Of a DNA stretch of 64,000 nucleotides, positions 1-13,500 are shown piece by piece. The notes under the pieces are model-generated. The model made no database searches. It saw nothing but the letters and a program-made list of their open reading frames with translations, and was not told where the DNA came from. The position numbers were made by a program, and so were the translations under genes. Source of the stretch: Octopus sinensis (taxonomy: Eukaryota); the NCBI RefSeq assembly GCF_006345805.1, contig NC_043000.1:74214001-74278000 (forward strand). The letters run 5' to 3'. Positions within the stretch are counted from its first letter, which is position 1. Every line of letters begins with the position of its first letter.

Positions 1-239
1 CTCATTCATATGCATCACATTACCAAACCTTTGTAGTTTTTTTTCTTGTATGCTACATGTGATTCCTCTTATGCCTAACTTTTCTCTCGAATATTTGCAC
101 TTTGTCATACATGCACACTAATGTAGCATATCCATTGGAGCATATTAGCTTCATTTCTCTCCAATCTTAGCATGATGTCTGCATTCAGGGCCCATGTCTC
201 ACTGCCACAAGTATCATATATATGTGCGAACATATGTAT

Positions 240-960
240 AAAATCTTCTGAGAAGGCAGCAGTGATTGGGTAGGTAGTGTAGGCATACTTCTACCTGAGA
301 AATGTGTGGATAAGGTGATTGAGGTAGTCAGAGTATGCAATAGAGTACTTAAGCTTAGACTAGTTTTGCAAAATAGTACAACAACAATTATCTCTTCAAA
401 TGGGTCTGCCAAATTAACAAAAGAATTGCTTTTATGATATTCTTTTGCTGACCACCTCAAAAACCAACAACAGAGACCTGTTTGTGGCTGGTGACTTCAA
501 TGGACATGTTGGACAGCAACCATGTGTCTTCAGTGGTCTGCTTTGAGGCCATGGAGTTGGTTCCTGTAATGAGGAGGGAACAAAGCTTCTGGATTTCTGT
601 GAGGCAAATAATCTAATGATCTGCAGTACCAACTTCAGGTAGCTTGCTAGTTACCTGGTAACCAATCAATCAGGTGGCCAAGCTAGGCAAATTGATTACA
701 TTGTCACTAGAAAGTGAGGTACATAGCTACTCAAAAATGCAATGACTCCCTAGTGAAGAATGTACCCCACAGCATAGGTTAGTCATTAAACAACAGTAGA
801 TCAGTCTGGAAAAGAAAGATCTGGAAGCTTAAGGATCCTTTGAATAATCAGAGATTTAGAGATGTCCTAACTGAAACATTTAATGAGGAGCAGGAGTTAA
901 AGACAGAGGATAACTGGAAGTTTCTATGAAACAACTTACTGAGAGCCACAGACCTAATTT
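240..960 (+). mobile_element. Degraded RTE-clade LINE fragment (APE endonuclease region)
   Basis: Nucleotide similarity to 1260-2000 (GILL-EK-VDKVIEVVRV, LFVAGDFNGHVG), with many stops and indels. Confidence 0.8.
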
Positions 961-3900
961 GTGTGTAGTGTATGTAGGTTGTAGTTTAGTGTTTCTTATG
1001 AATTCTGCCAAATGCAAGCTTTCTTTTCAGGTACATGACACTCTGTCCCTTATCCCAGGGTCTCACAGGTCTGCACCTCCAACACCCTCAGAGTTGGCAC
1101 ACTGAAAGGTAGGCCTGGTGAGATTGTTGAGATGCTTGAATGGAGACGTGTAGATTTGTGCTGCATCCAAGAAGTAAGGTGAAGAGGAGGTTCCACTAGG
1201 TTCCTCACAGGCAAAGAACACAGGTACAAGATTTTCTGAGCAGGGAACACTGACGGGGTCGGGGGCGTGGGTATACTTCTTGCAGAGAAAAGGGTTGATA
1301 AGGTAATTGAGGTAGTCAGAGTATGTGACAGAGTACTTAAGATTAGATTAGTGCTTTGCCATAGGTCAGCTACCATTATCTCGCCCTATGCCCCTCGACC
1401 AGAGCTACCAGAGGGGCAGAAAGACCAATTCTATGATACCCTATTGCAGACTACCTCATTGGCAAATGACAGAGACCTTCTCTTTGTGGCTGGTAACTTC
1501 AATGGACATGTTGGATGACATGTCAGGGGCTTCCATGGCGTACATGGAGACTATGATTTTGGTTCTCGCAATGAGGAGGGAACCAGGCTGCTGGAGTTCT
1601 GCGATGCAAATGATCTTATGGTTTGCAATACCAACTTCAGGAAACTTGCCAGTCACCTACTGTTCTGGCAGACACACTAGCCAAATTGACTACCTCCTCG
1701 CCAGAAAAGGGAAAGAGGGCTGCTTATAAATGCCAAAACCTTCCCAGGCAAAGAATGTACCCCTCAACATAGATTAGTAGTTAGCGACTTCAGGATCAGG
1801 GCTAAATGGATGCCCAGAAGAAACCAGCTTGGAGGAGAAGGGTCTGGAAGCTTAAAGATCCTGCAAATGGACAGAGATTTAGAGACGTATTACTCAAAGC
1901 CTTCAATGAAACAGAAGGGGATATAGCATCACATAATGTAGAAGACAACTGAAGGTTTCTACGGGACAACCTGCTGAGGGCCACTGACCAGATCTGTGGA
2001 TGGTGCAAAGTTCCATCTCAACCCAAGGTAGCATGGTGGTGGAACAATGTGGTTGACAGGGCTATTAGACAAAAGAAACAGGCTTGGCAGGACTGGAAGA
2101 ACGGAGGTAGCAGGGAATTGTATCAGACTGCCAGAAGGGAAGCTAGGAGACAGGTTTTTTAGCCGGAGGGGAAGCCACTAAGAAAAAATTTGCCAATGTT
2201 TTGTGCCGTGAGGACCAAAGACTTGAAGTATTTTGTGTTGCAAGACAGTGCGTAAGAGAGAATCGTGATGTGGTAGGAGAGAAATGTGTCCGCATGGATG
2301 ATGGTTCACTTGCACTAAACGAGGCTGCAAAGAGAGAGGTTTGGAGACGCCACTATGAAAGGTTACTCAATAAAGAAAATGAATGGGAGAAAGAGAGTCT
2401 GCCAAATGTCGACCCAACAGAGGGACCAGCTATCCAAATTGACAGTACCTTGGTAGATAAAGCAATCAAGAGTATGAAGGCAGGGAAAGCCCCTGGCCCA
2501 TCAGGAATCACTACAGAGATGCTCAAAATATCTGGCAGTGTCGGCTATAGCCTAGTCGCCTGTATAGTTAACTAGGTGATACACGAAGGAGTCATACCCA
2601 ATGACTGGTGTAGCAGCACCATAGTCAATTGCTATAAAGGTAAAGGTGACGCTTTAGATACAAATAATTACAGAGGTATCAAATTGTTGGATCAAGTAAT
2701 GAAGGTCACAGAGAGGGTCATAGCCCAACTAATTAGAGAGAGAGTCAGTTTAGATGAGGTGCATTTTGGGTTCATGCCAGGGAAAAGCACCACTGATGCT
2801 ATATTTCTGGTAAGACAGCTGCAGGAGAAATACGTAGCCAAAGATAAACCTCTGTACCTGGCTTTCGTTGACATGGAGAAAGCCTTTGACAGGGTACCCC
2901 AATCCCTTATCTGGTGGTCAATGAGGAAACTAGGGATAGATGAATGGTTAGTGAGAGCCGTGCGAGCCATGTACAGGGACGCCGTCAGTAAGGTGAGGGT
3001 TGGCAACGAGTACAGTGAAGAATTCTGGGTAGAGGTAGGGATCCACCAAGGTTCAGTCCTCAGCCCCCTCCTATTTATTTTAGTTCTCCAAGCAATAACG
3101 GAGGAATTCAAGACAGGATGCCCCTGGGAGCTTCTCTATGCTGATGACCTTGCTCTAATTGCTGAGTCACTATCAGAACTAGAGAAGTTTCAGATGTTGA
3201 AACAAGGATTAGAATCGAAGGGCCTTAGAGTCAACCAAGCTAAAACCAAAGTCCTAATAACTAGGAAGGTAAGTAAACCACTAACCCCTTCAGGTAGATG
3301 GCCCTGCTCGATCTGTAGAAAAGGTGTAAGTAGAAACTCTATAAGATGTACCCAGTGTAAGCTATGGACACATAAGAGGTGCAGCAATATCAAAGGAAGG
3401 CTAACTAGGAAAATAGTTTTTGTATGTGGCAGATGCTCAGGAGCAATAAACACTGAAAATGTGCAGAGAACACCTTCCACCACATTCCAGGGAGAAAAAC
3501 TAGAAGTAGTTGATAGCTTCCGTTACCTAGCTGACCAAGTCAGTAGTGGGGGAGGGTGTGCTGAAAGTGTAACTGCTAGAATAAGAATAGCCTGGGCAAA
3601 GTTCAGAGAGCTCTTACCTCTGCTGGTGACAAAGGGTCTCTCGCTCAGAGTAAAAGGCAGACTGTATGACAAATGTATACGAACAGCCATGCTATATGGC
3701 AGTGAAACATAGGCCGTGACTGCTGAGGACATGCCTAAGCTCGCAAGGAATGAAGCCAGTATGCTCCGATGGATGTGTAATGTCAGTGTACATACTCGAC
3801 AGAGTGTAAGTACCTTGAGAGAAAAGTTGGACCTTAGAAGCATCAGTTGTGGTGTGCAAAAGAGACGATTGCGCTGGTATGGTCATGTGGCGAGAATGGA

Positions 3901-4770
3901 TGAAGATAGCTGTAAAAAAGTGCCACACCCTAGTGGTTGAGAGAACCTGTGGAAGTGGTAGACCCAGGAAAACCTGGGACGAGGTGGTGAAGCATGATCT
4001 TCGAACGTTAGGCCTTACTGAGGCAATGACTAGCGACCGAAACCTTTGGAAATATGCTGTACGTGAGAAGATCCGGCAGGACAAGTGAAACCATAACCCA
4101 TGGCCTTTACCAGAATGTAGCCAACCCACTTATGCATTCCTTTCCTTCTTTGAATACAAAACTCTGCTTGTGAAAACCTGTTGAGGCAAGTGAAATCGAA
4201 ATTGAATTCGGAATCGAACCAAATTCGTCGACTGGCACCCATGCCAACCTCCCTTCACTGGACACTAAACTCTGCTTGCGAATACCTGTTGGGACAAGTG
4301 AAATTGAAATTGAACCAAATTTGATGACTGGCACCCATGCCAGTGGAGCACTAACAGCTCCATCCAAGTGGGATTGCTGCCAGAGCAGCTGTCTGGCACG
4401 AAAAGTGCACCATTTGAGTGTGATCGTTGTCAGTGTCGCCTCACTGGTTTTTGTGCTGGTGGCACGTGAACAAAACATTTGAACGAGGTTGTTGCCAGTA
4501 CTGCTGGACTGACTCCTGTGCCGGTGGCATATAAAAAGCACCATTTTCAAGCCTAGTTGTTGCCAGTGTCGCTAGACTGGCCCTTGTGCCGGTGGCACTT
4601 TAAAAGCACCCACTACACTCTTGGAGTGGTTGGTGTTAGGAAAGGCATCCAGCTGTAGAAACTCGTCCAAATCAGATTGGAGCCTGTCGCAGCCATCTGG
4701 TTCGCCAGGCCTCAGTCAAATCGTCCAACCCATGCTAGCATGGAAAGCGGACGTTAAACGATGATGATGA
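961..4770 (+). mobile_element. Near full-length RTE-clade non-LTR retrotransposon (APE-RT ORF, inactivated) with long 3' UTR and (GAT)n tail
   Basis: APE motifs at 1090-1800; RT motifs YRGIKLL, FVDMEKAFDRVP, GIHQGSVLSPLLF and YADD (3137-3148); PHD finger at 3305-3436. In-frame stops at 1516, 2573 and 3710, plus frameshifts. ORF ends at 4088 and the element ends in gttaaacgatgatgatga. Confidence 0.95.
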
Positions 4771-4829
4771 TATATATACACACACATCTATGTATATATA
4801 TAGATACATTTTCTTGAGATGCAATTCCA

Positions 4830-5400
4830 TTTGCTGCACTAAGTGTAAACTATGGACACATGAGAAGGTTATCAGTTAAGTTCACTTTCATGTGTGGCAG
4901 ATGCACAGGAACAGTAAATACTAAGAACACGAGGGACTTAAACACTCTCAAATGCCTAGGAGGCTCTCTTGAGGTAGTAAATAGTTTCTATTTAGATGAC
5001 CAAATTAGTAATGGTGGTGGGTGCTCTGAAATTATTGTTTCTAGAATAAGAATAGGGTGGAGTAAGTTCAGAGAGCTACTACCTCTGTTGGCAGCAAGAT
5101 GATGCTCTCTTAAAGTGAAATGTAGATTGTATGATCATTGTGTGATGACAGCTGTTACATGGTAGTGAGACATGGGCTCTGATTGTGGAGGACATGCATA
5201 GGCTGGAGAGGAACAACGATAGTATGCTCAGTTGGATTTGCAACAGCAGTGTGCATGACCAATAAAGCACAACTGCATTGAGAGAAAAGTGAGGTATAAG
5301 AGGGATTAAATGTGGTATGCAGGAGAGGAGAATGTGTTGGTTTGGACATGTGATGCGTATAAGTGAAGACAGGTGTTTACAGATTCTTATTATGGAAAGA
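4830..5400 (+). mobile_element. Degraded RTE LINE fragment (PHD remnant and RT C-terminus)
   Basis: FMCGRC...LEVVNSFYLDDQISNGGGCSE...RIRIGWSKFRELLPLL, paralogous to 3420-3630. Confidence 0.85.
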
Positions 5401-5816
5401 TAATGGTAACTGAAAATTGTAGCAATATTTCATTCCTTAACCAGACAGGCATATAATAACATAACAGCCTAAACTCATGATCTTTAGCGAGACACAACTT
5501 TATGTATGGATATACCTAATGAAACACAGACTGCAAAATGGATGCAACACATGTTGAATGGAATCCCACCCATAAGGGACAATAGCAGGATGGGTCGAAA
5601 TGTACAAATGTACAAAATAAAGATTAATACCAAATCCATCTTCTGGTTACTTAAGAAATTATTATTATTATCTCAACTAACACTGCAGAGTTCCTGAAGT
5701 AGATCCAACTGAAATATATGCCAACTGTGAATAACACTAGGTTGCTCAAACTGTGCCAGTGCTCTACTCAACACTTCAACACACTAATCGACATATACCC
5801 ATTAGTCCAAAAATGT

Positions 5817-5838
5817 TATATATATATATATATCATTG

Positions 5839-5898
<60 letters not shown>
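5817..5898. repeat. (TA)n microsatellite
   Basis: Interrupted TA run. Similar runs occur at 43297-43340 and 56285-56310. Confidence 0.95.
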
Positions 5899-5899
<1 letters not shown>

Positions 5900-5900
<1 letters not shown>

Positions 5901-6490
5901 CCCATGACCTACGCCAGTAGTGTATAACCAACCCACCTACTAGTATTCTTCATTCATTGGACAATAAACTTTGCTTGCGAAGACCTGTTGAGGCCAGTGA
6001 AATCAAAATCGCTGACGTGGCTGATGACAGTACTGCCTGATTGACACTTGTGCCGGTGGAATGTTAAAAGCACCATCCGAGCGTGATCGTTGCCAGGGCC
6101 ACTGACTGGCTCCTGTGGCGGTAGCACGTTAAAAGCATCATTCGAGTATGCTCGTTGCCAGTGTTGCCTTACTGGCACATGTGAAAAACAACATTCGAGT
6201 GTAGTTGTTGACAGTGCCGCTGGACTGGCTCCTGTGCAGGTGGCACGTAAAAAACACCATTTGAGCATGGTTGTTGCCAGTACCACTTGACTGGCCCTCA
6301 TGCCAGTGGCACGTAAAAGCACCCGCTACACTCTCGGAGTGGTTGGTGTTAGGAAGGGCATCCAGCTGTAGAAACTTCGCCAGAACAGGTTGGAGCCTGG
6401 TGCAGCCTTCTGGCTTGCCAGTCCTCAGTGAAACCGTCCAACCCGTGCCAGCATAGAAAGCGGACGTTAAATGACAACGATGATGATGAT
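5900..6490 (+). mobile_element. RTE-3'-UTR-derived SINE or 5'-truncated LINE end
   Basis: Homologous to 4100-4770, with five roughly 65-bp subrepeats, the ggttggtgttaggaagggcatccagctgtagaaac core and a (GAT)n tail. Confidence 0.85.
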
Positions 6491-7139
6491 TCAAAGTGCA
6501 CTGATAATTATTTCCATGTTGATGGATAGAATTCTTTCTCACACATCACTTGACATGAACTCCCTCTAGTTGCCTCATTGTAACTTGAAATGTCAAGTTA
6601 TCTTTATTATATCTACTATGGCCTCTCTATATTCCATTTGCTCCAAAGGACATTGTTCTGTGATCCATTTTCTGTTGGCTGAAGATATGTTGTGTTTTGA
6701 AACTGATTTCGGCATAGTATAGGAATAGTGTTGTGTATCTGTTGACCATCTAAGAATAGACCGAAAATTTTGATGTCATACATTCAATAAATAGCTGGTC
6801 AGCTGACCATGTCTTTTGTTGATGACAACTTTTAATGATTCTGTAGTATGTTTCTAAGTGATGTATTAATGAAGTGGCAAATAATATGCAAATAATTTTT
6901 ATTAGAAAAATCAATTGTCAAGTTAAGCAGTTTCTTTGTGAACATTTAAAGAGTATACTTGGTCTTTGATGAAGTCCGAATGCAAAATTGAAGCTAGATA
7001 TTTTCCTGTCAATGAAGATATATTGTGTTATACACTGTGATTGCTAAAAATTGTAGGTATACACTCAACAGATATGCTAATTTTCTAATTATTTGTATGG
7101 AATTAAATTTTAATGCAATTAATTTTTTCTTGATTTTAG

Positions 7140-7297
7140 ATTTACTTTTATCATTGCCTGATACTGCTGATAATTTGAAGAATAACTTCTCAAAATTGTT
7201 TGAAACATTTTGGACAAAGGAAAAACCAGGTCGAGAATATGTTTTTGAAAACACACTTCACTATCTATTTCAAGTAAATCTGAAATCAAAATCTACT
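7140..7297 (+). CDS. NCAPG2: Condensin-2 complex subunit G2, internal exon (first seen in window)
   Basis: ttttAG acceptor and GTAAGT donor. Encodes xLLLSLPDTADNLKNNFSKLFETFWTKEKPGREYVFENTLHYLFQVNLKSKST, which resembles the recalled vertebrate CAP-G2 segment ILYALPESERKL...WWEKGLPAKE. Ends in phase 0. Confidence 0.8.
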
Positions 7298-7599
7298 GTA
7301 AGTTGGATTGTTTTATAGTAAATATCAGATGATTTCTTTTTAATGGTTTACAATTGTTATTGAATTGATGGAATCATATTTTTTAATTACTTTTATGATT
7401 ACTGCAACTGGTAGTAATCATCAGTTGTTACAAGGGCAAATAAAATGTATTAGAGGGCAGAAGCTACTTGGTAGCATCATCTACAAGTTGAGGCTCAAAT
7501 TATGAAAGTTAGCAAAAGAGGTATAGCCCAACTCCTTAGGAATAGAATTGTACTAGTTGAAGTGTTCTTTGGCGTTGCACTTGGAAGAGGTATTGCCAA

Positions 7600-8740
7600 T
7601 GTCTTCATCTGCAGAAATACTTATTGAGGAGTTAGCCACTATGTCTATCATGAATCTGGGGAAGTTTTTATTAGGATTCTATTCTTAGTTGGTCACTAAG
7701 GAACTAGGGGTAGATAAATGACTTGTGAGGCCTGCTCAATCCATGTATAGAAGTGCAGTCAGCAAAGTGATGTTTAACAAATGAATTTATCATTTAGGTG
7801 GTGGTCCACAAGAGCTCAGTCTTTAACCTCTTCTGGGTTTAGGATTTGATGTACTTAGAATCTAGTTGTTTTAGCTGAATCTGTTGTAAAATTGGGGAAG
7901 AAATTCCAAACATGGTAATTCCTGGAATCAAAGGTCTTCAAAGTAAACTTTGTAAAGTTTAAAATTTTAATAAGAAAGAAGGCAGAACCCTACTATTATC
8001 AATGAAAAGCCCTTAGAAAGGAGTTGATAGAAATACTATAAGTGTATGCAGTGCAAAGTATGTACAAGATACATAGGGTCACAAGCAGACTAATGAAGAA
8101 TATAGCCTTTGTATGTAGCAGATACTTGGTAGCAGTAAGCACTAGAAGCACAAATGAAATAAATTCCTTCAAATGTCTGGATTGCTCCCTAGCAATAATT
8201 GACAGTAACTTAACTAACAGTGGAGGTGCATTTTCTAAAAGCATAGAAACTGGAATGAGAACAGGTAGGAGAAAGTTCAAGTATCTATTATCTCTTCTGG
8301 TAACAAAAAATTTCTCTTTCAGAATGAATGGAGATTGTTTGATACCTGTGGATAAAGAATTATGTTGTATGGTTGTGGGACATGGGTCCTGAATGCACAT
8401 AATTTACAGAGACTTGAATGCAATGAAGCTAGCATGCTCCACTGGATGTGCAATTCATATAGTGTACAAAATTAAGAGCTGGACTGGATATAAGTGAAAT
8501 CAGATACATGTAAGAGGGAAGACTGTGCTGGTATGGCATATGTTGCATATAGAAGATGACAGCTGTATAAAGAAGTGTGCTCAAAGTGAATGAAACTTGT
8601 GGACAAGATACTCAAGATGTACAAATTGATGATGGCTGATCTCAGGGTGCAGACCTTTACAGAGGAGATAAGGGATCACAATGATTGTTATCATGCAGTT
8701 TTGAAGAAGACCCACTCATTCATGCAACCATGACAAAACA
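7600..8740 (+). mobile_element. Highly degraded RTE LINE RT/C-terminal fragment
   Basis: Remnants ELGVDK-LVR, FVCSRY, GGAFSKSIETGMRTGRRKFKYLLSLLVTK parallel 2930-3650. Confidence 0.7.
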
Positions 8741-9399
8741 ACATTAAGATGGTTGTATAATATATCTACATTTAGATCTCTTGCTCACTATGTCCCTGTT
8801 AATTAGCTATCTGCTGCTTGCCCACATTATTGACACCCCATTTCTTTATCACTCTTCTCTATTATTTGTCCTCTTTCCTCCCTACCATCTTTTCTACTCA
8901 CTGTAACTACTTGTGTAACTAGCGGTGGATATAGACCTTTTGGTAGTTTATAAATACTATCATCACCTTTACTGCTAGTTACCACTCTCCTGCCATTGCT
9001 CATCTCTATAACTATCCATTCTCTCTCTCTCTCAAATATGTAGCTTCCATCACTGTCTTTATTGTTGCTCTGACCTCTATAACCTCTCTCCCCAATTACT
9101 CTGTTTCTCTTATCATATCTTTCACCTATTCATCCTGGTTCTTCTGACACTACTTTTTTTTCTCTTCACCCTCTTGGTCATATTGCCTTGAATAGACATC
9201 AGAGACTCATTAGGACTTTTTAGTCTTGTAGAGTACTGGGCAACCTCACTAGTTCTGGTGTCACAATTAAACACACCAAGCACAATCTGCAAAGTGTTTG
9301 GCAATAAGCAGAGACAAAGTAGTATTGAGAGTTTCCTTTAGTCTTGCTAAGAACACAAGAATCTGTCCAGTTTTGGTGCCTTAAAGTGGTTATTGTTAA

Positions 9400-9620
9400 C
9401 CTGTTAGAATTTAAACTGGCCATATCTGGCCCAAATATTCTCCTTGTTTTAAGTTCAAACCAGTCAGATCTGGCCTCTCACACCTACTCTACAATGTCAT
9501 TCTAAAAGTAAACAATCACATCATTTGAAATCTTGAAGCTACAAGATAATACTTGATTAATTCAAAGCAATGCGAATAAATAAGCATGACATTTGATAAA
9601 GTAATTTGAATGCTGTAGGG
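9400..9620. mobile_element. piggyBac-type MITE
   Basis: TTAA at 9396-9399 and 9621-9624; degenerate TIRs (CCTGTTAGAATTTAAA / TTTGAATGCTGTAGGG); non-coding, 221 bp. Confidence 0.75.
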
Positions 9621-9814
9621 TTAAGGGAGGGATCCAATCATAGAAACTATTCCACAAGTGAATCATACAAAAGGATCCAGCTCTTGGATCTTTCTAGGAC
9701 AGCAGCAATTCTTGATAAGAACTGATATTAATGATTTGTTCAGTGCATGCTGACAGAAAATAGGCATAAAAATGATGATTAGGATTACTTTTCTACATTC
9801 CGTGTTTATCATCA

Positions 9815-10400
9815 TAATCATCATCATCGTTTAACATCTGTTTTCCATGCTGGCATAGGTTGGATGATTTGACATAGAGCTGCCCAGACTCCAGTTGTCT
9901 GCTGTAGCATGGTTTCTACAGCTGGATGCCCTTCCTAACACCAACCACTTAACAAAGTGTGTTGGATGCTTGTTACATGCCACCAGTATGGATACTTTTA
10001 TGCAGCACCAGCACAAATGCTTTTTATGTGGCACTGGCATGTGAAAGGACCTGTATGTATTGAAAATAGTGATTTTTACTTAGCTTGACACATACAGCAA
10101 ATCACCACATCTGGTCCCTTGTCATTTCCTCAGTGAGGCCTAGTGTTTGAAGATCCTTTCTTACCACTTCATCCCAAATCTTCCTGGGTCTATCCCTTCC
10201 ACAGGTTCTCTCTACAATTAGAGCTTGGCACTTTATGCAACTCTCTTTATCCATACACATCACAGTCCTCTCTTGCACACAACACCTGATGCCTCTTATA
10301 CCCAGTTTTTTTCCTCTTAAATCATTTACACTCTGTTGTGCATGCACACTGACATTACTTATCCAGCGGAGCATACCGGCTTCATTTCTTTCAAGCCTTC
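9815..10400 (-). mobile_element. 5'-truncated RTE-type LINE (ORF end plus tail)
   Basis: (ATC)n tail at the left end; minus-strand ORF MLRWISNVSV...CGRDRPRKIWDEVVRKDLQTLGL matches 3770-4030. Confidence 0.85.
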
Positions 10401-10596
10401 ACAAGTCCTACCTTTTAAAAATGAACTCATATATTAGTCAACATAGTCACGATTTTCCAAGAACATATGATGTTTTGTTTACTCATTCTGTGTCACATAG
10501 CATGCTTGTTATTTGGTACTTACTCTTCAAAACATTTTTATATAATACACTGAAATTACCCTTCCTCTTCTCCCATGTACAGAAGTTGAAAACTTA

Positions 10597-13500
10597 TGTA
10601 GTTAGAATATATGTTCAGTATCAAGTATTGAAATGGCTGCATGTATATTATTAGAAGAATTCTTACAAGAAGAAGAATAAATTTAAGAACTATATATTTA
10701 CTACATTAAAATATATTTTATTCATTGGTTGTTGATGAAACATAATCAAAATGTAGAATCTAGTTGAATGAAGTAATCTATGCAAGAAAGTTCAGAAATG
10801 TAGAAATAACAGCTAAGTGGTGGTTTTCAGTCATGTGGCATAGAGAAATAGACAGGCATAGCAACGATGTGAATGGCTCAGAGTCTAATCGACTAAGGAG
10901 CAAAGAGCAGGGCAAGCAAGCTGTTTTTATAAATGGAACGCTAGACATTCTAGAAACTTACAAGAGAAACGCAAAGCTTCTTGAATATTTAAGAATACAT
11001 CTCATGATGTAGATGTTTCAAGAAACTTGTTAAAGGGAGATTACTCTAAAATTTTCTGCAAGGTAGATCATTTGTCTATTTTAGCTACAGACCACAAACT
11101 ACTACACACCCCCTAGGCAGAATTAACATTACACAATAATGAAAATAACAAATATATACATCATAAAATGTCAAACTATAGGAACAAATGTAATAAATGT
11201 TTATTAAATTCTTGGGCCAATGCACATGTCTACCACTAGTAGTCAGAGTTTGTGAAGTTGTGTGTAAAGGACGCATTTGTAATGCTGTGTGTGTGTGTTG
11301 TCTGTAGTGGGGTTCGAAATAGTTTTTTCAATGTGAGCCCTTTTTTAGTCTATCAACAGAAATAGTGTCTTTACGACCGTTAATGTCTAAAGTGAAAACT
11401 TTATACAAGAAAGCACACGAAAGGGTCCTGAATACGGTGCTGTTAAAGGATTTTAACAGCATTGTTATGAACAAAAACATGAGTCCAAGAAGAATAGTCA
11501 TCAGGCAAATATGTTTTAATGTCATGTTTTCTGGTGTTCATATGTGGTAACTTTAACATATAATCACGCAACTATTCAGCAAAATTTGTAGTGTCCATAT
11601 CTTGCGGGTTTGCTGGAACAACCATCTGGCCAGGCAGCGTCAAGGAAGAACCATAAAGTAATTCTGCAGGAGAATATCCAATATCTTCTTTGATAGAAGA
11701 GCAGAGACCCAAGAGAACAATAGGAAGAAATTCAATCCATCAAGATGAATCAGCAGAGGCACACAACACAGCTTTAAGCTTTCGATCTTACTGTTCGAAG
11801 TTGGGTGGTAACTAGTGGAATGGATGTGTTTACTTCCTAAAATCTTGGTTAGTTCCTGGAAAAGTTTAGCTTCAAATTGATGTCCGTGATCTATTGTTAT
11901 TTTTACAGGTGTTCTGAAATGAGAAATCCATCCTGTGACTAAAGCTTGTGCCACAGTTTGAGAAGAGATATCTGTGAATGGAATAACTTCTAGCCAGCTG
12001 AAAAAACGATCAATACAAGTTAATGAAAACGTGTAGCCCTGACTCGCAGGCCAAGGTCCTACTATATCAACATGTATGTACTGGAATCATGCATCTGGGG
12101 TGGAGAAAGTACCTAACAGTGCACGAATATGTTTATGTACCTTGGATCTTTGACAATCGACACAGGTACGGGTCCAGTTAGCTATGTCTTGATGCCTGTT
12201 CAACCAAACAAAACGAGCTGAAATAAGCTTCAGTGTTGCTGTTATACCTGGATGTGAAATATTGTGTAGTCCTGAGAAAACGATATGGCGATGCTTTTCA
12301 GGAACTAAAGGGTGAAGTTTACCAGAAGAAAAATTCTAAAGGATCTGTTTGTTTGATGTCGCAACTGGGAAAAATTGGAGGTCGAAAGGAATTAGTTGTT
12401 GTTGAATATTATTCAAATCAACTCATGGTTGATCTTCTGACATTTCATCCAAGTTAATTTCTGCAGTTGAAAATAATGCATTTACAGGTAAAGAGGAAAA
12501 AGAATCTGCAACAATGTTCTCAGAACTTGGAATATATCGTATATCACTTGTGAATTGTGAAATGTAATCCAAATGCTGAATGTCTCTCAGAGAAAATTTA
12601 TCTGGCTTGCAGGGTAAAGCGAAAGATAACGGCTCATAGTCCATAAATATTGTGAAGTTTCTCCCTTCCAAAATGTGTTGGAAGTGTTTAACTGAGAGGT
12701 AAATAGCTAAAAGTTCATGACTGAACACGCTATATTCTCTTCTTGCGGTGTTGCAGAAATTTGTTGAGAAGGTATAAAGTTTCAGCACAATGAGGTATGA
12801 AATGTCAATAAAAATTAGCTAATCCAATAAATTGTCTGAAATGTCTTAATGAAGCAGGAACTGGAATTTTCACGATAGCCTCAACCTTTTCTGACAAAGG
12901 CCTAATTCCATCCTGATTAATGGTGTGTCCAAGGAAAGTGAGAGAAGGCACACCGAAAATACATTTGGTAGCATTGATACAAATTTTGAATTGAGAAAAC
13001 CTTTCAAAAAGTTGCTTCAAATGAATCCCATGTTCTTTCTCAGAACTAGCAATGAGAATATTGTCAATATAGGTGTAGATGAAATTTAATCCACATATTA
13101 CTTCATGAATAAAACATTGAAAAGTATTTGCAGCGTTCCTTAACCAAAAGGGCATTGTAAGAAATTCAAATGATCCGAATGGAGTTGCAATAGTCGTCTT
13201 CGGAATATCATCTGGGTTTACATGAATCTGATGGTATGCGCATATCAAATCTATTTTTGAGAAAATAGTGCAACCATGCAGAGAAGATGCAAAATCTTGA
13301 ATATGAGGTATTGTATATTCATCTGGAATGGTAATAGTGTTGTATCATCTATAGTCATCAGTAGGTCTAAAATCACTAGATTTCTTTTTCACTAAATAAA
13401 GTGGTGAAGACCTGTTACTCTTTGAAGGACGAATTATTCCAAGCTGGAGCATGTGGCTGAACTCTGCTTTAGCAGCTTTGTGTTTTTCAGGTGGTAAACA

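Noticed and set aside
6014-6324. Palindromic ~65-bp repeats as a CRISPR array
   Set aside because: Units are degenerate over their whole length with no unique spacers, there are no cas genes, and they lie inside a retroelement 3' UTR.
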